From positions 1,632,001-1,696,000 of the forward strand of contig OZ253375.1 in NCBI GenBank assembly GCA_965261005.1: a stretch of DNA of 64,000 nt, in the 5' to 3' direction. Shown here piece by piece: positions 56,751-64,000 of this stretch; the stretch's first letter is position 1, and the number at the start of each line of letters is the position of its first letter. The position numbers and the translations under genes are program-made. The notes under the pieces were generated by a model. That model searched no databases. It saw only the letters and a program-made list of their open reading frames with translations, and had not been told where the DNA came from. Source of the DNA: Deinococcus sp. (GTDB taxonomy: Bacteria; Deinococcota; Deinococci; Deinococcales; Deinococcaceae).

Positions 56751-57308
56751 CTACTCCGAAAGCAGCTTGGCGATTTGCGGCGCCAGCGTGCCGCGCACCC
56801 GCTCCAAGCGCCCGGACAGCGTGTTGGTGATGCCGCTCTTGCCGCTCTGAGCGACCGCACGCACGCCGCCGGAGATGGCCGGGTTCCCCTGCACCGTGAG
56901 GTCGGGGGCGATCTGCTGCGCCAGGGCCACGTCGCCGGGGTTGACCTCCAGCACTTCAACATTCCCGAGGGCGCCGCGCGCCTCTTTAATGAGGCGCGAC
57001 AGAATCTCGCGGTACTCGGGGGCCTTGACCACGTCGCGCAATTGCCCCTCGGCCAGCTCAAAGGCGCGCCTCAGGCCGCTTTCGCCCGCGTTGAGGCGGA
57101 CCGCCGACATCTCCAAATCGGCGGCCGAGCGGGCGCGGGTCAGGGCGGCCGTGCGCTGCGCGTTCAGGGTGCGCTCACGGTTCTCGGTCAGGGTTTGGGC
57201 GCGGGCCTTTGCTCCCTCGACGATCTCGCGCGCCCGCGCCTGCCCCCCCTCACGCACCCGCTCGATCTCGGCGCGCGCCTCGTTTTCGAGCATCGTGTCG
57301 AGTTGCAC
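56751..57308 (-). CDS. atpE: V/A-type ATP synthase subunit E
   Basis: N-terminal coiled coil, ISGGV, ITNTLSGRL. Confidence 0.92.
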   Translation of the reverse strand: MQLDTMLENEARAEIERVREGGQARAREIVEGAKARAQTLTENRERTLNAQRTAALTRARSAADLEMSAVRLNAGESGLRRAFELAEGQLRDVVKAPEYREILSRLIKEARGALGNVEVLEVNPGDVALAQQIAPDLTVQGNPAISGGVRAVAQSGKSGITNTLSGRLERVRGTLAPQIAKLLSE

Positions 57309-57311
57309 GGC

Positions 57312-57626
57312 TCAGGTGGCCAAACCGGGAATCAAAAAGGCGATCAGCAAGCCGAAAATCACCAGGGTTTCGGGAATCACAATGAGAATCAGCATCTGGC
57401 CGAACTTGCTGGAGTCCTCGGCAATCGCGCCCGCAGCGGCAGCGCCGATGCGGCCCTGCGCGATGCCCGCGCCAATCGCGCCCAGACCAATCGCCAGACC
57501 CATCCCGACCCCGATCAGGCCGCGGCGCAGCCCGTCGTCGCCGAGGGCGGCGACCGTGCCGGCTTCCTGCGCGAAGCCGAAGGAGACGAGGGCGAGAGCG
57601 AACAAGGCAATCAGGTATTTGAACAT
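57312..57626 (-). CDS. atpK: V/A-type ATP synthase subunit K (proteolipid)
   Basis: Signal-like N-terminus, Gly-rich helix, IPETLVIFG with conserved Glu. Confidence 0.94.
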   Translation of the reverse strand: MFKYLIALFALALVSFGFAQEAGTVAALGDDGLRRGLIGVGMGLAIGLGAIGAGIAQGRIGAAAAGAIAEDSSKFGQMLILIVIPETLVIFGLLIAFLIPGLAT

Positions 57627-57707
57627 AACTTTCCTCCCAGAATTCGGATGAACAACTTCGGATCAACAGCTTGAGTGGAGAACGACCCTCCACCTTCCCG
57701 GTCCCAC

Positions 57708-59720
57708 TCAGCGGTCGGGACTCAGACGGCGAAACGGCGCGTAGCGTGGACTCGCTCCTTCATAAAAACCGGTGCGCGTTAGAAACTCGACGTAGTTGAG
57801 TCGCAACGGCTGCAACACGTGGCCGATAATGGTGAACAGCACCGCAAGCGCATGGATCAGGAGCGAGACGATCAGCCCGAGAATGGCGCCGAGCACGCCG
57901 TAGCTTTCGTATAAACTCCAGCCCGAGTCGGTGGCAAGACGTGCCAGCACCGCCGACGCGAGTCCCACCGCGAACAGCCGGCTGTACGACAGCAGCGCCC
58001 CGCCGTTGGAGATGATCTCCAGAATCATCATGGGTACACGCGACAGCGCCAAACCCAGCAGAAACACCACAAAGCCCAGGTACATCACCACGTTGACAGA
58101 GGCGATCACGGGATCGCCGAAGTTGACCAGGGCGCCGAAGCCCGCTTGTAGGTAGACGTAGCTCAGCGCGATCAGGCCGATGAGGCCGCCGAGCATGCCC
58201 ACGGCCTCCCACATGTGCTGCGGCTCGCGCAACCTGGCGGTGATGCGAATGCGAATCAGCCAAGCCCACACCACCTGTACGATGCCGAAGAACAAGCTGA
58301 CCACCAGCACGGTCCCGACAAAGCTGGTCTCCAAGCGCGGAAACACGATGGGAATCAGGGCGCCCGTATTGTTGCCCTCCGCCAGCTCCGCGCTGCCGGG
58401 AATGTAAAAGACGTGCAAGTGTTCGAGCAGCGTCCCGAAGAACTCGCCGGTGGCAAATCCCCACACAATGCTCCAAAAGGCCATCCACTTCACGATGTAA
58501 CCCAGATCCGTCAAAGTGACCGGCGGGATACTGACACCCATCAGGCCGATGTTGAGCGGCTGCTGGCGGCGCGCCATGTTGCTCAGCGCGAAGCCCAGCC
58601 ACAGAATCAGCAGGCCGTAGGCGATGTCGGCGATGACAAAACCGAAAAAAAACGGAAAAAAGGCGCCAATGATTGGGGTGGGGTCGAAGGTGCCGTAGCG
58701 CGGCGGCGGAAACAGGCTCATCAAAGGCTGCATCCGCTTGAAGTAGCCCTCGTTTTTGAGTTCGACCGGCACGTCCTCGCCATGGTGCGCGTCGGCGGGC
58801 GTCAGCTCATAGCTCACGGCGTCGCCAAAACCGTCGAGAGCGCCACGCAACACGGGCACGCGGTCGTCAGGCACGTAACCGCGCAAGACCATGCTGTACT
58901 TGCCACGCGCCGCCAGCGTTTGCACGTCATAGAGGGCCAGTTCGTCGGCCAGGGCGTCGCGCACCGCATACAACTCGGGCGCGTGCCGCTCGCCCAGGGC
59001 GCGGCGCCCCTCCTCCAGCTCGTTCAGCTGCGCGCGGCCCCCCTCCTGCACGCGGGCCAGGGTCGCCGCCGCCTCGGACAGGCGCATCCCGTCGAAGCGG
59101 CCCGGCAGGCGCAACTCGCCGAGGCGCGCCCTCGCGAGGGCGGCGCGCGCCCTCGGGTAGTCCTCGCTGAGAACGGCCACGATGCCGGCCGTCACGTTCC
59201 CGCCGGTAGGGGCGGTGTCCAGCGCGTAGCGGTCCTGAAGGTCGGCATTCAGGGCGCTTTGCAATTCACTCGTGTTCTCTCCGGCTGGCAGCACGAAGGG
59301 CAGCAGCGCGAGGCGTTTGCTGCGATCTAAGCCCCCGGCCAGATTCGCCAGGGTGCGCGACACGTCGGCGTAAGCGGCGCCCGCGTCGAGGTCGGCGCGC
59401 AGGTCGGCCATCCGCTTGCTGAGCCGTGAGGCCGGCTCGGCGGCGGCCTCGACCAACTCCTCCCAGCGCCCGCGCGGCGGGGGCGTGGGCAGCTCGGCGC
59501 GGCGGGCGCCCAGCTCGCTGAGGGTGCTCTCGGCGCGGGCGTAGAGCCGCTCGGCGGCCTTGCGGGCCTCGCCCTCCTCCCCGGTCAGGGCGCCGGTCGC
59601 CAGCGGCCCGCCCTCCATGGGGGTGAGGTGCAGCACGCCCGCATTTTGCAGGGCGGCGATCACCTGGCGGTTGTCACGCCTGCGCGCGGCGATCAAGACC
59701 TGCTGCATCCCGCTAATCAC
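57708..59720 (-). CDS. atpI: V/A-type ATP synthase subunit I
   Basis: PRYGTFDPT, FGFVIAD, GEFFG, SYSRL, LRLNYVEF. Confidence 0.95.
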   Translation of the reverse strand: MISGMQQVLIAARRRDNRQVIAALQNAGVLHLTPMEGGPLATGALTGEEGEARKAAERLYARAESTLSELGARRAELPTPPPRGRWEELVEAAAEPASRLSKRMADLRADLDAGAAYADVSRTLANLAGGLDRSKRLALLPFVLPAGENTSELQSALNADLQDRYALDTAPTGGNVTAGIVAVLSEDYPRARAALARARLGELRLPGRFDGMRLSEAAATLARVQEGGRAQLNELEEGRRALGERHAPELYAVRDALADELALYDVQTLAARGKYSMVLRGYVPDDRVPVLRGALDGFGDAVSYELTPADAHHGEDVPVELKNEGYFKRMQPLMSLFPPPRYGTFDPTPIIGAFFPFFFGFVIADIAYGLLILWLGFALSNMARRQQPLNIGLMGVSIPPVTLTDLGYIVKWMAFWSIVWGFATGEFFGTLLEHLHVFYIPGSAELAEGNNTGALIPIVFPRLETSFVGTVLVVSLFFGIVQVVWAWLIRIRITARLREPQHMWEAVGMLGGLIGLIALSYVYLQAGFGALVNFGDPVIASVNVVMYLGFVVFLLGLALSRVPMMILEIISNGGALLSYSRLFAVGLASAVLARLATDSGWSLYESYGVLGAILGLIVSLLIHALAVLFTIIGHVLQPLRLNYVEFLTRTGFYEGASPRYAPFRRLSPDR

Positions 59721-60034
59721 GGCAGCACCGCCCGCAGAATGGTCTCGACCGCTTTGGAAAGCTTGCCCTCACTTCTCGAAGACGTGGCCTCGACCTCGCC
59801 CCGCACCTGTTGCTGGGCCTCGGCGCGGATGCGGCGGCCCTCCTCCGCCATTTCCGCTTCGCGCTCGCGCTGCATCTCCTGGGCGCGGCGCTCGGCGTCC
59901 TGCACAATGCGGGCGGCCTCGGCCTCGGCGGCCTCGATTTCACGCTCGACTTCCGCGCGGGCGACCTCAATCTGCCGATCGAGCGCCTGCTCGCGCTCGG
60001 CGAGTTCGCTCAGAATGCGACCCTTGGCGTCCAA
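59717..60034 (-). CDS. V/A-type ATP synthase subunit G/H (peripheral stalk)
   Basis: GGAGG RBS + TTG; Glu/Ala/Arg coiled coil; first gene of operon. Confidence 0.88.
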   Translation of the reverse strand: MDAKGRILSELAEREQALDRQIEVARAEVEREIEAAEAEAARIVQDAERRAQEMQREREAEMAEEGRRIRAEAQQQVRGEVEATSSRSEGKLSKAVETILRAVLP

Positions 60035-60292
60035 ATGCTTCCTCCTCTCCCTGACGGACACGTCCCTGATGAACCACGTCCCTGACAAACACGGCCTGAT
60101 GGACACGCTGACGCAGTTCATGGCGCCTCACCGGCGAGGTGGGGCGCTTGGGGCAAAAAAAGACCAAAATCCCTTCAAAAGCTCGACGTACCTCTGATAC
60201 ACGCGGTTGGTTGGGTCAAGCTCGGACGTAGCGTATCACACCGTTTCCGGCGCGCAAGGGGGACAATCTTCCCCCAAGTTTATGAAGGCCAC

Positions 60293-60337
60293 AAAAAAAG
60301 GGGCCGTCCCGCACGGTGAAAACGGGACAGCCCCTTT
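60293..60337 (-). terminator. terminator after amtB
   Basis: AAAGGGGCCGTCCCG...CGGGACAGCCCCTTT hairpin with minus-strand U7. Confidence 0.8.
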
Positions 60338-60359
60338 CAGAAAGAAAACAGAAGAAAAT

Positions 60360-61688
60360 TTAGTCACCGCCCAGCAAGACCGGCGAGCCGAGGCTGCCCT
60401 CCTCGTCGCCGTAGCCCTGCTCCTGGTGGGCGCTGATGTCCACGCCGGCGGTCTCCTGGGCCGCGCTCAGGCGCAGGCCGCCGCCCACCAACTGAACCAA
60501 CTTGAGCAGCACAAAGGAGCCGACGCCCGCCAGAACGATGGTCGCCAGCACGCCGACCACCTGAATGCCCAGTTGACGCCAGTTGCCGTCGAGAACGCCC
60601 GAGCCGGCCGCGTTGTAAGCCTTTTGGGCGAACACGCCGGTGAGGAGGGCGCCGGTGATGCCGCCGACGCCGTGGCACGCGAACACGTCCAGCGCGTCGT
60701 CGGAGGCGAAGCGGTGCTTGAGCTGCACCGCCCAAAAGGCGGCCGTCGCGCCCAGGGCGCCCACCGCGATGGCCGAGAGGGGACTCACGAAGCCGCAGGC
60801 CGGCGTGATGGCGACCAGGCCCACCACCGCCCCGGTGGCGGCGCCCACGGCGCTGGGCTTGTTGCCGCGCACGACCTCCCACAGCAGCCACATCAGCATG
60901 GCGGCGGCGGTGGCGGTGTTGGTGGTGACAAAGGCGAGCGCGGCCGTCTGGTTGGCGCCCAGGGCGCTGCCGGCGTTGAAGCCGAACCAGCCGAACCACA
61001 GCAGGCCAGCGCCCAGCAATACGAAGGGGACGTTGTGCGGCACGGCGGCGCGCTTGCTGCTCGCCAGGCGCGGCCCGAGCACGAGCGCCGCGACCAGGGC
61101 CGACACCCCCGCCGAGATGTGGACCACCGTGCCGCCCGCGAAGTCGAGGGCGCCCAGCTTGTAGAGCCAGCCGTCGGCGGACCAGACCCAGTGGGCCAGC
61201 GGCGCGTAAATCAGCAGGCCCCACAGCGCGATGAACAGCGCGAAGGCGCCGAACTTCATGCGGTCCACCACCGCCCCGGAGATCAGAGCCGGCGTGATAA
61301 TGGCGAACATCGCCTGAAAGATCATGAAGACGTAGGCGGGAATGGTGCCGCTGAGGGTGCCGTTCAGCCCCGCGAGGCCGACGTTGCCGAGGCCACCCAC
61401 CAGCGCGTTGCCGCCCTCACCGAAGGCCAGGGTATAGCCCAGCAGCACCCAGGTCACGCCCACGATGCCGATGGCGATAAAGCTCATCATCATGGTGTTG
61501 AGGACCGTCTTGCCGCGCACCAGGCCCCCGTAGAAAAAGGCCAGGCCCGGCGTCATCAGCAGCACCAGGGCGCTGGAAGCCAGCATCCAGGCGGTGTCGC
61601 CGGTGTCGAGCTTGGGCGGCGCGGCGCTTTGGGCGAAGGCGCCGCCCAACAGCGCGAGGAACGTCAGGGGAAACAGCGCTCGTCTCAT
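60360..61688 (-). CDS. amtB: ammonium transporter
   Basis: MTPGLAFFYGG, FQAMFA, DFAGGTVVH, WFGWFGFN, DDALDVFACHG. Confidence 0.97.
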   Translation of the reverse strand: MRRALFPLTFLALLGGAFAQSAAPPKLDTGDTAWMLASSALVLLMTPGLAFFYGGLVRGKTVLNTMMMSFIAIGIVGVTWVLLGYTLAFGEGGNALVGGLGNVGLAGLNGTLSGTIPAYVFMIFQAMFAIITPALISGAVVDRMKFGAFALFIALWGLLIYAPLAHWVWSADGWLYKLGALDFAGGTVVHISAGVSALVAALVLGPRLASSKRAAVPHNVPFVLLGAGLLWFGWFGFNAGSALGANQTAALAFVTTNTATAAAMLMWLLWEVVRGNKPSAVGAATGAVVGLVAITPACGFVSPLSAIAVGALGATAAFWAVQLKHRFASDDALDVFACHGVGGITGALLTGVFAQKAYNAAGSGVLDGNWRQLGIQVVGVLATIVLAGVGSFVLLKLVQLVGGGLRLSAAQETAGVDISAHQEQGYGDEEGSLGSPVLLGGD

Positions 61689-61723
61689 ACGGACCTCCTG
61701 AAAGTGGCTCACTTGCCGACCAC

Positions 61724-62104
61724 TTACTTGCCGACGGGCGCCTTGTGCTTGCCGGCGGTCACGGGCGTGAGGGCCTCCACGTCCTGCTCGCCGGTGCGAA
61801 TGCGGATCACGCGCTCCAGGGCCTGCACGAAGATCTTGCCGTCGCCGACCTCGCCGGTGTAGGCGGCGCGGCGGATGGCCTCGATGGCGACGTCCACAAA
61901 AGGCTCGCTGACGGCCATCTTGAACTCCACCTTTTCGCGGAACTCGATCAGCACGCGGTTGCCACGGTACTGCTCGATGATCTCCTGCTCGCCGCCGTGA
62001 CCGCTCACCTTGGTCAGGGTCAGGCCGGAGATACCCGCCTGAAACAGGGCCTCCTTCACCTGCGGCACGCGCTCGGGCCGGACAACCGCCGTGATCAACT
62101 TCAT
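61724..62104 (-). CDS. glnK: PII nitrogen regulatory protein
   Basis: MKLITAVVRP, T-loop YRG, TGEVGDGKIFV, RIRTGE; upstream of amtB. Confidence 0.93.
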   Translation of the reverse strand: MKLITAVVRPERVPQVKEALFQAGISGLTLTKVSGHGGEQEIIEQYRGNRVLIEFREKVEFKMAVSEPFVDVAIEAIRRAAYTGEVGDGKIFVQALERVIRIRTGEQDVEALTPVTAGKHKAPVGK

Positions 62105-62286
62105 ACGCCCTCCTGGCAAGAGGGTAGCGGCGGGATAGCGTGCTGTCAACACGAATTTTGCATGTTGTCCAAATTTTAGTGAACAAAACGCCCGTTGGGT
62201 TGGGCTGTTCCAGAACAGAGGGGCGGATGACGACAGTTTGTTCCTCAAAAAGCTGACAGGGCGCAAGCCATCCGAAGAAGGCTCTC

Positions 62287-62700
62287 TTATCTGGTGCAGC
62301 TACCCTTTTGTGCAGCTATCCGGGCCTGCCAAGCGGCCAACACGAGTGGCAGGACGATCTCGATCACGGTCGCCGCGCGCATGACGGGATGGGGCGGGCC
62401 GACCGAACGCCACGCCAGCACCCGGCCCAGGCCGCCCAACACCAGCAAGGCGCCCACCTCGCGCACGGTTTTCCCCTCACGCTCGATGTCCGGCACGCTC
62501 CCCAGCAGCCGCAGCCCCGCCGCCGTCCAGAACACCGACAGGTAGCGCAGTTCGCCGTCTATGGGCGCGTCCCAGCGGCGCGCGCCGAAGATGGCCCGCC
62601 CGCCCAGCAGGTAGGCGGCCGGGCCGGTGACGAGGGGCAGCAGCGCCGTGGCGATCAAGGCGGCTTGCAGGGCGCGGCGCTCGGTGAGGGAAACGGGCAC
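62287..62700 (-). CDS. DUF4345-like membrane protein
   Basis: DGELRYL, GGLGR, GPPH, EIVLP; about 4 TM. Confidence 0.7.
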   Translation of the reverse strand: MPVSLTERRALQAALIATALLPLVTGPAAYLLGGRAIFGARRWDAPIDGELRYLSVFWTAAGLRLLGSVPDIEREGKTVREVGALLVLGGLGRVLAWRSVGPPHPVMRAATVIEIVLPLVLAAWQARIAAQKGSCTR

Positions 62701-62702
62701 GT

Positions 62703-63794
62703 TCAGCCCTTCAGGTAGGCGATCAGCAAGTCCAGCTCCGCGCGCAGATCCTTTTTGTGCACGCTTTCCACGATGGTGTGGATGTAGCGGGTGGGCAAAC
62801 TGAGGGTCACGCTCGGCACGCCGGCGCGCGAGCGCTGAATGGCGCCCGCGTCGGTGCCGCCGAGGGGCAGAACTTCCAGTTGGTAAGGAATCCCCTCGCG
62901 CTCGGCAAGTTCTACAAACTGGTCCACCAGCCAGCGGGTCGCGATCATGGAGCCGTCGAAGAGCTTGATGCCCACGCCCTCCCCCGCCTTGGTCACGGCC
63001 TCGTCGGGACCGACGCCGGGCGTGTCCACCGCCAGGGTCACGTCGAGCGCCACGCCAATGGTCGGCTCGACGCCGTAGGCGGCGGTCACGGCGCCGCGCA
63101 AGCCGACCTCCTCCTGCACCGAAAAGACCGCGTAGACATCGTGCTTGGGGGGACTGTCCCCCAAGGCGCGCAGCGCCTCGATCTGCACCCACACGCTGGC
63201 GCGGTCGTCCAGCGCCTTGCCCACCACGAAGTCGCCCACCTCGCGGCAGCTTTGGTCGAGGGTCACGCTGTCCCCGAGGCGCACGCGCCGTTTCACCTCG
63301 TCGGCCGCGAGGCCCAAATCCACAAAGAACTCGCGCAGCTCGGGCACCTTTTTGCGGTCCTCGGCGGAGGCGATGTGGACCGGGCGCCCCCCCGGCGTGA
63401 GGACGCCGGGCAGCGGACCTTCCGAGGTCCAGACCGTGACGTTGCGCGCGAACAAATTGCGGGTGTCGAAGCCGCCCAGGCTTTGCAGCCGCAGGTAGCC
63501 GTGCTCGTCCACGAACTTGACCATGAAGCCGATCTCGTCCAGGTGGGCGCTGAGCATCACCCGGCCCCGCTCGCCTTCAGGGGCGCCGCCGCGCTTGAGG
63601 GCGATCAGGTTGCCGAGGGCGTCCTCGCGCAGCTCGTCGGTCAGGCCCGCCAGCTCCGCACGCACCAGGTCGCGGACGTGCTCCTCACGGCCGGGCACGC
63701 CGTCAATGTCGGACAGGCGCTTGAGCAGGTCGAGGTTGGGCAGGTTCAGGCCGAATGAGTTCAGGCTGGATGAGTTCAGGCTGGGGTCGCTCAT
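62703..63794 (-). CDS. M42-family aminopeptidase
   Basis: AHLDEIG, KALDDR, QEEVGLRGA, GGTDA, RYIH. Confidence 0.94.
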   Translation of the reverse strand: MSDPSLNSSSLNSFGLNLPNLDLLKRLSDIDGVPGREEHVRDLVRAELAGLTDELREDALGNLIALKRGGAPEGERGRVMLSAHLDEIGFMVKFVDEHGYLRLQSLGGFDTRNLFARNVTVWTSEGPLPGVLTPGGRPVHIASAEDRKKVPELREFFVDLGLAADEVKRRVRLGDSVTLDQSCREVGDFVVGKALDDRASVWVQIEALRALGDSPPKHDVYAVFSVQEEVGLRGAVTAAYGVEPTIGVALDVTLAVDTPGVGPDEAVTKAGEGVGIKLFDGSMIATRWLVDQFVELAEREGIPYQLEVLPLGGTDAGAIQRSRAGVPSVTLSLPTRYIHTIVESVHKKDLRAELDLLIAYLKG

Positions 63795-63829
63795 GTGCAG
63801 AGCATAAGGCACGAAAAAGAAGCTGCGCT

Positions 63830-64000
63830 TTAGCCTTCGCCCGTCTGTTGCAGCGGGTCGGCCAGGTTGAGACGCAGGTCCGTCCCGTTAAAGGCCGCCT
63901 GCGCCGCCTCCAGCCCCTGGCCCGCCCAGGTGCGCGCCGCCCGCACGGCGAGGTCCACCAGTTGCTCCAGCGTCGCCTCCTCCTCCGGGCGCCACTTGGA
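63830..64000 (-). CDS. pth: 3' end of peptidyl-tRNA hydrolase (partial)
   Basis: [43 protein letters not shown] resembles the Pth C-terminal helices. Confidence 0.6.
   Translation of the reverse strand, partial: SKWRPEEEATLEQLVDLAVRAARTWAGQGLEAAQAAFNGTDLRLNLADPLQQTGEG

Noticed and set aside
57312..57626. Na+-specific c-ring inferred from Q...ET residues
   Set aside because: Similar residues occur in proton-coupled Thermus-type rings; cannot be decided from sequence
57708..58900. Lower-GC patch in atpI as horizontal replacement
   Set aside because: Largely explained by Phe/Ile/Leu-rich membrane segments; no boundaries seen
62105..62280. GlnR/TnrA box or riboswitch upstream of glnK-amtB
   Set aside because: TGT...ACA spacings do not fit TGTNA-N7-TNACA and no recognisable RNA motif

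Overview
High-GC chromosomal window. Gene content and order, frequent leaderless starts (TANNNT, 5-6 nt, then ATG/GTG) and SRE-like intergenic repeats point to a Deinococcus species (inferred, not searched). Core blocks are a type IV minor-pilin cluster (PilX/ComZ-like, FimT, PilV, PilW), a heme/siroheme cluster (hemC, cobA-hemD, cysG N-terminal domain, hemA), fabH-fabD-(DUF421)-fabG-acpP-fabF, a glycosyltransferase-glf-GH/RmlD trio, sugar-catabolic genes, SPFH-NfeD, prfC, a complete V/A-type ATP synthase operon, glnK-amtB, an M42 peptidase and the 3' end of pth. Accessory regions are a TetR/hydrolase/SDR islet (24-27.7 kb), a decayed lipoprotein plus truncated TA pair (34.3-35.2 kb), and a ~9 kb island (42.2-51.2 kb). 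The island holds a mosaic NPCBM-PA14-EEP lipoprotein split by IS66, an AT-rich membrane ORF, an intact IS4 and an IS1 remnant. Best novelty candidates: (1) a three-gene BrnT/RelE-like toxin + ribbon-helix-helix antitoxin + SecB-like chaperone module (putative unusual TAC system); (2) a leaderless leader peptide and terminator upstream of prfC (putative RF3 attenuator); (3) the mosaic lipoprotein effector; (4) a PilX-like pilin with a CxxCH motif next to the heme genes. All family calls come from motif recognition by eye; no database search was run.
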